Shown here in pieces: positions 28,860-40,205 of a stretch of 64,000 nt of DNA. A program made the translations under genes and the position numbers. Numbering within the stretch: position 1 is the first letter of the stretch; each line of letters starts with the position of its first letter. The DNA comes from Neoechinorhynchus agilis (lineage: Eukaryota > Animalia > Acanthocephala). The notes under the pieces are model-generated. The model saw only the letters and a list, made by a program, of their open reading frames with translations. It did not search any database and was not told where the DNA came from. The stretch is taken from the NCBI GenBank assembly GCA_051530055.1, contig CM121342.1:4153489-4217488 (forward strand), read 5' to 3'.

Positions 28860-30975
28860 TAAAGACCGTTTAAAAGTCGAATTTTCTCTGTTAAAAAGGG
28901 AGTGCCGGAAAATTTCTAGTCCCCGGGCAAGGAAACTTGTTAAAATTGGTTAAAAGTGTTCCGGAAAAAACCGTTTAAAAGTCGATTTTTCTCTGTATAA
29001 AAAAGGAGATACACTTTTTCTAGTCCCCGGGCAAGGAAACTTGTTAAAATTGGTTAAAAGTGTTCCGGAAAAACCGTTTAAAAGTCGATTTTTCTCTGTA
29101 TAGAAAAAGAGACGCTGGTTCTAGTTCCCGGGCAAGGAAACTTGTTAAAATTGGTTAAAAGTGTCCGGAAAAAACCGTTTAAAAGTCGATTTTTCTCTGT
29201 ATAAAAAAGGAGATACACTTTTTCTAGTCCCCGGGCAAGGAAACTTGTTAAAATTGGTTAAAAGTGTTCCGGAAAAACCGTTTAAAAGTCGATTTTTCTC
29301 TGTATAAAAAAGGAGATACACTTTTTCTAGTCCCCGGGCAAGGAAACTTGTTAAAATTGGTTAAAAGTGTTCCGGAAAAAACCGTTTAAAAGTCGATTTT
29401 TCTCTGTATAAAAAAGGAGATACACTTTCTAGTCCCGGGCAAGAAACTTGTTAAAATTGGTTAAAAGTGTCCGAAAAAACCGTTTAAAAGTCGATTTTTC
29501 TCTGTATAAAAAAAGATACACTTTCTAGTCCCCGGGCAAGGAAACTTGTTAAAATTGGTTAAAAGTGTTCCGGAAAAACCGTTTAAAAGTCGATTTTTCT
29601 CTGTATAGAAAAAGAGACGCTGGTTCTAGTCCCCGGGCAAGGAAACTTGTTAAAATTGGTTAAAAGTGTTCCGGAAAAACCGTTTAAAAGTCGATTTTTC
29701 TCTGTATAAAAAAAGATACACTGGTTCTAGTTCCCGGGCAAGGAAACTTGTTAAAATTGGTTAAAAGTGTTCGGAAAAAACCGTTTAAAAGTCGATTTTT
29801 CTCTGTATAAAAAAGGAGATACACTTTTTCTAGTCCCCGGGCAAGGAAACTTCTTAAAATTGGTTAAAAGTGTTCCGGAAAAACCGTTTAAAAGTCGATT
29901 TTTCTCTGTATAAAAGTAACTTTCTAGTCCGGGCAAGAAACTTAAAATTGTAAAAAATTTAAAAGTCATTTTCTCTGTATAAAAAAGAGACACTTTCTAG
30001 TCCCGGGCAAGAAACTTGTTAAAATTGTTTATTTCATAAAAAAATATAAAATCCGGAAAAACCGTTTAAAAGTCGATTTTTCTCTGTATAAAAAAGGAGA
30101 TACACTTTTTCTAGTCCCCGGGCAAGGAAACTTGTTAAAAGTGTCCGAAAAACCGTTTAAAAGTCATTTTTCTCTTATAATAGTCTAAAATTGGTTAAAA
30201 GTGTCCGGAAAAACCGTTTAAAGTCGATTTTTCTCTGATAAAAAAAGATACACTTTTAGTCCCAAGGAAATTTTAAAATAAAGTGTCGGAAAAACCGTTT
30301 AAGTCGATTTTTCTCTGTATAAAAAAAGATACACTTTTTAGTCCGGGCAAGGAAACTTGTTAAAATTGGTTAAAAGTGTTCGGAAAAAACCGTTTAAAAG
30401 TCGATTTTTCTCTGTATAAAAAAGGAGATACACTTTTTCTAGTCCCCGGGCAAGGAAACTTGTTAAAATTGGTTAAAAGTGTTCCGGAAAAACCGTTTAA
30501 AAGTCGATTTTTCTCTGTATAAAAAAAGATACACTTTTTCTAGTCCCCGGGCAAGGAAACTTGTTAAAATTGGTTAAAAGTGTTCCGAAAAAACCGTTTA
30601 AAAGTCGATTTTTCTCTGTATAAAAAAAGATACACTTTCTAGTCCGGGCAAGAAACTTGTTAAAAGTGTGTCGGAAAAACCGTTTAAAAGTCGATTTTTC
30701 TCTGTATAAAAAAGGAGATACACTTTTTCTAGTCCCCGGGCAAGGAAACTTGTTAAAATTGGTTAAAAGTGTGCCGGAAAAACCGTTTAAAAGTCGATTT
30801 ATAAAGGAGATACACTTTTTCTAGTCCCCGGGCAAGGAAACTTGTTAAAATTGGTTAAAAGTGTTCCGGAAAAAACCGTTTAAAAGTCGATTTTTCTCTG
30901 TATAAAAAAGGAGATACACTTTTTCTAGTCCCCGGGCAAGGAAACTTGTTAAAATTGGTTAAAAGTGTTCCGGAA
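28860..30975. repeat. Tandem repeat, ~104-bp unit x ~20 (probably in the RPA12 intron)
   Basis: ccccgggcaaggaaacttgttaaaattggttaaaagtgttccggaaaaaaccg recurs (28921, 29025...). Confidence 0.95.
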
Positions 30976-31516
30976 AGAAGTTTTACTCCCCGTTTAATAC
31001 TCTTTTTTTAAGGTCGCTTAGTATCAATATCAAAATTTATTCGATCTCATTAAAGTCCCGCTCATTACTTCAAATCCCCTCAAGGTTTAGGGTAATTTCT
31101 TTAAAAGATGCAATGAATTCCATCTAAATTGAAAGTTATCGATGATACCGCTTTGGGGAATTAGCGAAACAAAAGATAATTAACAACTTTATAATTGTGG
31201 TATGCTAAGAATATCTCTTCAGTTTAGTTGTTTATAAAAGCCATTAATAATGCCATGGGCGAACAATTTTTTCCTTAATGGCTCTCAGAAGACATATTTT
31301 AGAGAGCTCTAGTCGCTTACTGATTTTTTTTAATAAAAAATATCACCTTGATTTCCAAATCTTAGTTTTATGTGGTGGCACTGATTTGTTTCTCCTTTTC
31401 CAAACGAAATGGCTCCGTTTGTTAGTTTAAAAAACACTTTTACCAATGAACTTTATTCAAAGGTTTTTTTCTTCAAATAAGCGTTCAGCACTCTTTTGAT
31501 CAATGTGTTTAAGTTG

Positions 31517-31985
31517 TTACTTTGGTAAGGACGAATTGGAAGATCGAATGTTGTGCATACATGAGAGATGTTTCTGAAATTCTAGTTGATTATTTCGCCA
31601 GTAAAAAATGAGCATTTACCTTAATATAATACTTGTTACACAAGCACTTGCCACATATCAGACACTTGACTCTTTTTTTCCTTTGACTATCATCATCGCT
31701 TTTGCTGATGGACTCCCATAATCCCGTCTCAGGTTGTTGTTGTAAACTCGCCATTTGGATATTATTCATAGAATTATATCCACAATTTGGTCTTAGTGAA
31801 GATTCCACCATTGGACAATTAACGACAATGTCCGGTGATGCATCCAGATTATATATACCAAAGTGCCTCATCATTGAACACAGCGATCCACATTGATGGT
31901 TCATTGTGGTTGGTTGTTCATTTTGTGAGACGGCGTCTTCAGTCCCTGAGACCTTACGAAATTCCCTTTTTACGGGCACAAACCG
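31517..31985 (-). CDS. 3' part of a protein ending in a single C2H2 zinc finger
   Basis: CLICGKCLCNKYYIK|KHLSCMH = C-x2-C-x12-H-x4-H after removal of a GTAAAT...TTTCAG intron; 5' exons not resolved. Confidence 0.6.
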
Positions 31986-32599
31986 CTTAAAAGATCACGA
32001 TCTCTTCTCGCGGTCAAGAACATTTGCCTTGGAAAGAGAGATTGATCCAGCTCGTACGCGGGTGCTTCTGCTCCATATCGACTGGCTTCTGGTATGGAAA
32101 GAAGAAAAACACACACAAACGATCCTAGTAAAACCGAGTTTCAAACGTTTGACGGATACCGGGTCCCATGATAAGGACCACAAAATGCTTACACTATTTA
32201 AAATGGGTTTGTCTCGCTGGTAGAGTCAAAGTCACTGGAAGCTTGTGTCTGTATGGCTGTGTTTGTGTGGGATGACTACGTGTGCCGCTCCTACTCAAGG
32301 CCTTCAACATATCAGCTTCGGTTGACGCTAACCGGAAAACATTATGCACCACATTCACGTTTAAAATCGAATCTGTCTTGCCAGATTGGCAGTCAAGTCG
32401 GAAAACCAAACAGTAGTGATAAAAGAAGACAGGTATGGTAAGGACTGGATGAAATGATCTTTATTAAAGGTTTCTCTAATGGTCTTACCGAGACGTGACT
32501 ATACGGCACAATCTGTACTTATTATCGGATTTAAGAAATTATAAAGAAACATTTAGAGTGAAGTCAGAAAATGTTCGTCCCTAGTGAAAAACGGCTCGG

Positions 32600-33800
32600 C
32601 AAATGGAGAATCGAGAGAGATGTGTCCAGCTTGTGGAAAACATCTCCGTGGACATCCAAGCCATCGATATGGATCATTCAGCTGCCGTGTTGGTGTTATG
32701 GTCGAAAGGACGGATGCAGCGTTAATAACGTTGAAAACGCCAGACTTATGTTTTGTTGGAGGAATGCCCTCGGCTCGTCTCACTGAACGACCCGAGTATC
32801 TCGACGCCAAATGGAACAAAATAATGATTTCGACCCAGATCGTTTCCTCAGCGGCGGTCGCTGCTCCTCCTCCTCCTCCGGTTTGATAGTGATGTTGCTG
32901 GCTGCGAATGGCGTCCCAGCAAAGGCATTTGCTTCCCTTGGCCACGGGAATACTGTGACATCGTCACCGAGTCAGCAAAGAATTATTAAGCTCTGAGCAT
33001 TGCGTTCACTTCGGCGTGTCGTGAGTACCGTCCGCCGGATTGCCGACAAACGGTTCCCGTAGCATCCCGATGATTCCACGGTCGCTCCGCAACGCCATCG
33101 ACTTTATGTCCACATATCGGTATTCCTAGTCTTGAGGACACTCCAATCCTTACTGCCATCCAATTGCATGCCGGAGGAATTCTCCTGCGTCGGATTGTCA
33201 ATGATTCGTCGCTTCAACAATCGTTTGACCAGTTTTTGCGTCGCGGCGCTAAACGACTACGCCGGATTATGGCCCAAAAAGTGCCAATATCAAATTTGTC
33301 TCAGAAGTCACGGATCCGATCCAAACACTTCAAAGAATCTTTGGCGTGTTAGATCACATCTCGCGTAGATTTCGAGCAAATCTATGTTGGGACATTGTTT
33401 TAAATTAGTTTCAAATGATTATTCGAGTTTGGTCCTAAAATTCCTACTTAATTCGACAAATACACGAAACGTTGTTGTATTCGAAGAGGTACCAAAAAAA
33501 TCGATAATCGACTTTGTGAATTGCAGCGTAGGGCTCGCTTAGTACTTTGACGGAGGAAGACCGCTTGGGAATACCGAGTGTTGCCGGCTTTTTTACATTT
33601 TTGGAACGTATGGAGCGCTCGGCACTCTGCTCCAGGATCTCTCGAAGAAATTGAGAACCGGAGACTCAAGAGCAGGCGTATTCCTTCGACAAAATATCTC
33701 CCTCGCAGTCATTTCAACTTTTTTTGGCGAAATTTTAAGCCTTCGCGTAGGCCTTTATGCCGTTCGAAAAAATCGTAAACCTGATGGAATATGGGCAAAT
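32600..33800 (-). mobile_element. Heavily decayed CRE-like (RLE-type) non-LTR retrotransposon fragment
   Basis: Frameshifted motifs RLGIP.CGHKVDG, VCRQSGGRYSRHAEVNAMLRA, KCLCWDA, GGAATAAEE and NAASVLST parallel the cleaner copy at 39.5-40.2 kb. Confidence 0.55.
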
Positions 33801-33938
33801 GTAGGGAGTTATACTACCGAATGATTCCAAACCTTTCCACAGAAACATTCGGCCTTCTGACTCCCATTTTGTTTTTGTTCATTAGCGAGACGGACTAGAT
33901 GAACACAAAATCAATGCGCCCGATCTAATCGTGTTTTT

Positions 33939-34976
33939 TTATGAAAAGATTTCATAAACAACAATTTTGCCATCATCATAGCCGGCATAAAGGAAGTTTC
34001 CGTTTGGAGACCAAGCGACACTGGTGCATTCTGCTTTATAGTTCGTATTTTCATCGACAAAGCTCGGTTTGATATCATCGACGACTTGTACTTTTTGGTT
34101 AAGATCATATATACGTACGACTGGACCGGCTGCGGAACTAAGCCAGAATCGTTTAGGAGAGAATGCAAGAGCATTAACTGTATCCAAACCATGATAAACG
34201 TTTCCACATTTGTTTTCATTAACTTCCCAAATGATGGATTTCCCGTCTCGTCCACCAGAAGCACATAAAGATCCATCCGGCGAAACAGCGACTGCATTAA
34301 TGTATCCAGTATGACCGTAATGTGTAGCTCTAAGCTTACAATTCTTTAGATTCCATACTTTAACCGTTTTGTCCCAACTACCACTGACCACAAGTGGGTT
34401 ATTTTGATCAGGTGAGAAACGAACACTACTAATCCAATCAGTACAATCTTCAGACATTGTGTATTTGCATTGACCGAGAGTATTCCAAAGTTTAATGGTC
34501 TTATCACGACTTCCACTGACTATTTGACGGTTATCTCCGGAAAATGAGACTGAAAGGACGTCGCCTTCATGACCGAGAAAGCGTCGAGTACAAGTAGCCG
34601 AACGAATATCCCAAAGACGAAGGGATTTATCGAGCGAACCAGAAAGAGCGAATGTTCCATCGGATGAAAAAACCACGTCAGTCACGGACTGACCATGACC
34701 ACGGAGACTCTTATGTGCAACCGCGAACCGAAACGGATCATTTGCCGTGATTCGCCATATCATTATAGTACGATCACGTGAACTACTCAACAAAATCTCG
34801 TCATTGGCTGGAGTTGTAGCCAATTGGGTTACGCGCTTTTTATGACCTTCAAGAACACCAACTCTTCGAAAATAAAATCCAGACCGATTAGAAAAACTTG
34901 CAGCCGGCACGGGTGGAGCTCCAAGAGTAGACTGCTGCTGCTGCTGTTGTACATATCCATGAATCATAGAACTCAT
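33939..34976 (-). CDS. RACK1: RACK1 (WD40 beta-propeller), intronless, with an N-terminal poly-Gln extension
   Basis: GHKKRVTQLATTP, ALSGSLDKSLRLWD, RQIVSGSRDKTIKLWNTLGQCKYT, VSPDGSLCASGGRDG. Confidence 0.92.
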   Translation of the reverse strand: MSSMIHGYVQQQQQQSTLGAPPVPAASFSNRSGFYFRRVGVLEGHKKRVTQLATTPANDEILLSSSRDRTIMIWRITANDPFRFAVAHKSLRGHGQSVTDVVFSSDGTFALSGSLDKSLRLWDIRSATCTRRFLGHEGDVLSVSFSGDNRQIVSGSRDKTIKLWNTLGQCKYTMSEDCTDWISSVRFSPDQNNPLVVSGSWDKTVKVWNLKNCKLRATHYGHTGYINAVAVSPDGSLCASGGRDGKSIIWEVNENKCGNVYHGLDTVNALAFSPKRFWLSSAAGPVVRIYDLNQKVQVVDDIKPSFVDENTNYKAECTSVAWSPNGNFLYAGYDDGKIVVYEIFS

Positions 34977-35289
34977 TTAAGGAGAATAGAAAAAAAAGTG
35001 TCGACACGATTCGGCAAACACCATGCCGTGCACGAAAGAATCGAGTCGACCTATGACGATCATTACGTCACACACAAAAGATTATCGAATCACCTGATAA
35101 TGAGCGTGATTTTCGTTAGCGAAATATTTCAAAAGAAAAAGATCAATCGCTTTTCTCAAGTAATCTGCTTGCTTATTTCGTGTCTTCCTGCGCTAAATCT
35201 GTGTAGTCGCGACCACTGAGCCGAGAGCGATGACTCGTCTTCGTGGACGGTGGCGATTGTTTAAACATTTTTTATGTGTCTAAATGATT

Positions 35290-37420
35290 CAGAGTACATT
35301 GAGTACTGATGTTTCACCCGGAATTATAGATTTTCTTTTTATAAAGCACAAAACGTGAAGACTTGATGTGTTTTTGATTAATATAATTGATTTTCGAAGC
35401 CGAATGATCAAGTTTTGTTTAAAAAAAACGGACAAATTGTCTGTTTTATTGGTATAAAGAAGAAAATCTTTATTTCCGAGGGAACTCGCCTTCTTTTTTA
35501 GCTCAGGAATTGTTAAATAACACACAAAAGTAGCCGGAAATAAAGATTTTCTTTTTATAAAGCACAAAACGTGAAGATTTAATGTGTTTTTGATTAATAT
35601 AATTGATTTTCGAAGCCGAATGATCAAGTTTTGTTTAAAAAAACGGACAAATTGTCTGTTTTATTGGTATAAAGAAGAAAATCTTTATTTCCAAGACGAC
35701 TCGCCTTCTTTTTTAGCTCAGGAATTGTTAAATAACACACAAAAGTAGCCGGAAATAAAGATTTTCTTTTTATAAAGCACAAAACGTGAAGATTTAATGT
35801 GTTTTTGATTAATATAATTGATTTTCGAAGCCGAATGATCAAGTTTTGTTTAAAAAAACGGACAAATTGTCTGTTTTATTGGTATAAAGAAGAAAATCTT
35901 TATTTCCAAGACGACTCGCCTTCTTTTTTAGCTCAGGAATTGTTAAATAACACACAAAAGTAGCCGGAAATAAAGATTTTCTTTTTATAAAGCACAAAAC
36001 GTGAAGATTTAATGTGTTTTTGATTAATATAATTGATTTTCGAAGCCGAATGATCAAGTTTTGTTTAAAAAAAACGGACAAATTGTCTGTTTTATTGGTA
36101 TAAAGAAGAAAATCTTTATTTCCAAGACGACTCGCCTTCTTTTTTAGCTCAGGAATTGTTAAATAACACACAAAAGTAGCCGGAAATAAAGATTTTCTTT
36201 TTATAAAGCACAAAACGTGAAGATTTAATGTGTTTTTGATTAATATAATTGATTTTCGAAGCCAAATGATCAAGTTTTGTTTAAAAAAACGGACAAATTG
36301 TCTGTTTTATTGGTATAAAGAAGAAAATCTTTATTTCCAAGACGACTCGCCTTCTTTTTTAGCTCAGGAATTGTTAAATAACACACAAAAGTAGCCGGAA
36401 ATAAAGATTTTCTTTTTATAAAGCACAAAACGTGAAGATTTAATGTGTTTTTGATTAATATAATTGATTTTCGAAGCCGAATGATCAAGTTTTGTTTAAA
36501 AAAACGGACAAATTGTCTGTTTTATTGGTATAAAGAAGAAAATCTTTATTTCCAAGACGACTCGCCTTCTTTTTTAGCTCAGGAATTGTTAAATAACACA
36601 CAAAAGTAGCCGGAAATAAAGATTTTCTTTATAAAGCACAAAACGTGAAGATTTAATGTTTTGATTAATATAATTGATTTAGCCGAATGATCAAGTTTTG
36701 TTTAAAAAAACGGACAAATTGTCTGTTTTATTGGTATAAAGAAGAAAATCTTTATTTCCAAGACGACTCGCCTTCTTTTTTAGCTCAGGAATTGTTAAAT
36801 AACACACAAAAGTAGCCGGAAATAAAGATTTTCTTTTTATAAAGCACAAACGTGAAGATTTAATGTGTTTTTGATTAATATAATTGATTTTCGAAGCCAA
36901 ATGATCAAGTTTTGTTTAAAAAAAACGGACAAATTGTCTGTTTTATTGGTATAAAGAAGAAAATCTTTATTTCCAAGACGACTCGCCTTCTTTTTTAGCT
37001 CAGGAATTGTTAAATAACACACAAAAGTAGCCGGAAATAAAGATTTTCTTTTTATAAAGCACAAAACGTGAAGATTTAATGTGTTTTTGATTAATATAAT
37101 TGATTTTCGAAGCCAAATGATCAAGTTTTGTTAAAAAAAGACAAATTGTCTGTTTTATTGGTATAAAGAAGAAAATCTTTATTTCCAAGACGACTCGCCT
37201 TCTTTTTTAGCTCAGGAATTGTTAAATAACACACAAAAGTAGCCGGAAATAAAGATTTTCTTTTTATAAAGCACAAAACGTGAAGATTTAATGTGTTTTT
37301 GATTAATATAATTGATTTTCGAAGCTGAATGATCAAGTTTTGTTTAAAAAAACGGACAAATTGTCTGTTTTATTGGTATAAAGAAGAAAATCTTTATTTC
37401 CGAGGGAACTCGCCTTCACA
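35290..37420. repeat. Tandem satellite, ~216-bp unit x ~10
   Basis: atgatcaagttttgtttaaaaaaa...gacaaattgtctg recurs about every 216 bp. Confidence 0.95.
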
Positions 37421-37748
37421 ATGATGACGATAGTTGCAGAATTGGACGAAAAGGAGGAATTTGCGAACGAAAACGGGAATTTTCTACATTTTTTCGCCTC
37501 AAATCTCTTGGACTTCTTTTTTTAAAAAGAATTATACGTTTGCTCGTATTTGAACCGCAATTTTACCACCAAAATGCAACGAGATCCTTTTTTTTGTGAT
37601 ATTCTCCGGTTCTAATCGATACGTCAGAAGAAGACTCACGAATGAGCGTGTCTTTTTGTGTGTGTTCCCCTTTTTTATCGTATTCTTTATAGAATTAATC
37701 CTCCGTCTTTATTCTGTTCCTATTTTAGTGCGGCCTTCCGCTCCGATA

Positions 37749-38515
37749 ATGACCACGCTTCGTCAAATGGGATTTGACGCTTCCAAGTGCTCCAAAGTCA
37801 TTGGGGCCGCATTGAACTATCGGTGAGCTCAATAATTCTACAACTCAAAACCGAGTTTCTATTTAGTGTGAAACCAACGGACCCTGCTCCGAAGGAACCA
37901 GTGTTTTTCCTCAAAGCACCATCATCTCTTGTCCGAGAAGGGAATTCAGTTGTGGTAGTTTTGTATTAAAAATAAGCTTCACAAACTTGCATTTCTCTCT
38001 CTTAGATTCCTAAAATATGGTCAGTAATTCACACTGAAGTCGAATTAGGAGTCGTTATTGGGAAACAGGCCAAGAACATTGAGGCTGCTCGGGCCTTGGA
38101 TTACGTGGCGGGCTATGTACTAACGTTGGACCTAGCAAATATGGATTGGCAAGCTCAACTCAAAAACAAAGGTTTTCCTTGGGCAATGGCGAAATCATTT
38201 GATACTGGCACTCCATACAGTCGTCTTTTTATTCCCAAAAATGAATTGGACATAAACCGAGCTAATATCTTGTTGCAACTTGATGTCAACGGTAGTCGAA
38301 AACACTACGGTCCTCTTAAAGGACTGATATTCAGTATTGAAGAACAAATCGAGTATTTGACCAAAATTATGACTCTTGAACCAAATGATCTTATTTTATC
38401 TGGCACACCACCGGGTGTGACGGCCATTAAACATGGTGACAGTTTAGAGGCAAAGCTTATTTCGGACGAAAAGACCTTAATTTGTATGAAGTTTCAAGTC
38501 GAAAACGAAAAGTAA
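37749..38515 (+). CDS. FAHD1: Fumarylacetoacetate hydrolase domain protein (acylpyruvase); introns 37823-37866 and 37955-38005
   Basis: KVIGAALNY, EPVFFLKAPSS, EVELGVVIG, AKSFDT, DLILSGTPPGV; both introns are GT-AG and in frame. Confidence 0.9.
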
Positions 38516-38745
38516 ACTATTGAACTTTTTGTCATTTAATGCTTTCAATTTATTCACTTTTTTAACTAACACTTAATGGCTGGAATATATGTCGCTTTAA
38601 TTGAGCGCAAAGTCCAAAAGTAGCTCTCAGTATGGAAAATATAAACCATTTTTGATAGATATTTTTGTGATGAAATGGTCGGGATTTCAGCTTTTGTTAG
38701 GTCAACTGGTTCGAATCCGTTACCACCAATGACCCATAACCAAAG

Positions 38746-38818
38746 GGGACGAAATACCTCGTCGAAAAGAGGATACTCACTGATGAGTCCCTCCTCTTCG
38801 GGAGGTATCTGAGCATCC
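38746..38818 (+). ncRNA. Non-circularly permuted hammerhead ribozyme
   Basis: GGGAC 38746-50, GAAA 38751-54, TACCTC 38755-60, CTCA 38776-79, CTGATGA 38780-86, GTCCC 38787-91, GAGGTA 38802-07, TC 38808-09, TGAG 38810-13. Confidence 0.82.
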
Positions 38819-39148
38819 GGACGGGAATGTAAAAACTCATAACCGTATGCATCAGAGTCTAAGTGATTCAATCACTTCTCTGATGCAGAGGATCTGTGGG
38901 CTGTGTACCCAAAGGAAAATGATCAGCCGTACGATAAAAGGCCGCACATTGATACTTAATAAAAGCTAATGGCTGATCAGTCTTCAAAAAAATTGAAAAA
39001 ATTACACGGCCTTGAATTAACAAGTCAAAACTGGCTGAGTTTGTACATTCTGTAGTTGTGTCGAGGTGGTTAAGTGGACTAAAGCTTTATATCCCAGTTA
39101 AGGGTCAAGTGGTTCGAATCCGTTACCACCAATCACGCACACCCAAAG

Positions 39149-39221
39149 GGGACGAAATACCTCGTTGAAAAGAGGAAACTCACTGATGAGTCCCGCCTCT
39201 TCGGGATGTATCTGAGGATTC
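39149..39221 (+). ncRNA. Second permuted hammerhead ribozyme copy
   Basis: GGGAC 39149-53, GAAA 39154-57, CTCA 39179-82, CTGATGA 39183-89, GTCCC 39190-94, GTA-TC-TGAG 39208-16; one mismatch in stem III. Confidence 0.78.
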
Positions 39222-39479
39222 GGAGGGATTCTTACAAACTCATAACCGTACGGTCCTGGGGCATCGAACGCAGAACAGCGCTTCCTTGGCCAATGAGGCC
39301 GCGCATGGAAAAAATAAACATTATCAAAAGACTATGCTTCTTGAAATAGCAGTGACTATTGCGATAAATTCAGGAATTAAAAAAAATCCTAACGTTAGCC
39401 GTCTCTCGGAAAAGGCAATCGATTTGAGTGTGAGATGATCCGGAGAACCCATGCTAAATTTTTCTCTTAACGTCGGACT

Positions 39480-40205
39480 GGCTATCAGCAGCTTCTCAAC
39501 TCATGCTCATCTCCCACCGAAAGAGCTCGTCTCCTGGCGGTCTCAGCTCCACACTCCAGCGACTTCTTGAAGGCTTTCCCAATCATATCTGTTGGCACGA
39601 GGCTGGATGACCAAGCCATCACCGTCGCTGTGGGACTTCGGTTGGGCATCGAATTCTCAGGCTCAAATACGTGTCGGTGAGACAGTGAACAGGAACTCAC
39701 GGCCTTGACTGCAAGCGTTCAACTGCTCGCCACGCACGGCACTTAGCAGTCAACCGCATAATCAAGGAAGCCCTCTAAACGGCCGTTTTTCCAGCTCGAC
39801 TCGAACCAGTCGGACTCTTTCGGAACGACGGTAAACGCCCCGATGGAGCCCTTCCATGGTGCTCCGGGAAAATACTGGTTTGGGATTTTACCTGCCCCAA
39901 CACGCTCGCAGCATCCCACTTACGGGATGCCACCTCAAAGGCGGGAGCAGTCGCCAGCTTCAGCGAGGAAAATAAGCGGCAGAAGTACTCCTCGCTCGAT
40001 GGGCATCAATATATTTTCATCCCGATTGCGATGGAAACACTGGGATGTCTCGGAAAAGAAGCCGATTATTTCCTTTCTCGACTGGGAAAGATGCTGAAAC
40101 ATGCCACCGCCGATATGCGATCCAGCAGCTTCCTGCTGCAGCGAATCAGCGCGGCGATGCAACGCGGCCATCAAAGAAGCTGCCGAACAATCATAACGTA
40201 TGGGT
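39480..40205 (+). mobile_element. 3' fragment of a CRE-like non-LTR retrotransposon (CCHC knuckle plus restriction-like endonuclease), pseudogenised
   Basis: Manual translation: RARLLAVSAPHSSDFL...VGLRLG / HGLDCKRSTARHARHLAVNRIIKEAL*...LEPVGLFRNDGKRPDG..PW.SGKILVWDFTCPNTLA...ENKRQKYS...FIPIAMETLG...FLLQRISAAMQRG, with a frameshift and stops. Confidence 0.85.

Larger units (their letters stand above)
38690..39250 (+). mobile_element. tRNA-derived SINE-like element carrying a hammerhead; head-to-tail dimer with 403-bp spacing
   Basis: B-box GGTTCGAATCC at 38708 and 39111; tRNA-Ser-like 5' segment at ~39052-39121; ribozyme core in both units. Confidence 0.75.

Noticed and set aside
32584-32886. 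CPACGK...HRYGSFSC resembling a nuclear-receptor zinc finger, and a nearby FDPDRFL resembling the P450 PERF motif
   Set aside because: The remaining motifs are missing; the opposite strand is better explained as a decayed CRE-like retrotransposon.
35289-37336. Repeated ORFs in satellites (also at 6384-7999, 14283-15435, 22408-23199, 24537-27527, 50492-51233, 55248-56550)
   Set aside because: Frames break between units and the products have AT-driven composition with no domain signal.
39052-39130. Functional tRNA gene
   Set aside because: I could not build acceptor and anticodon stems; it runs directly into the repeat body, so it is treated as a SINE head.
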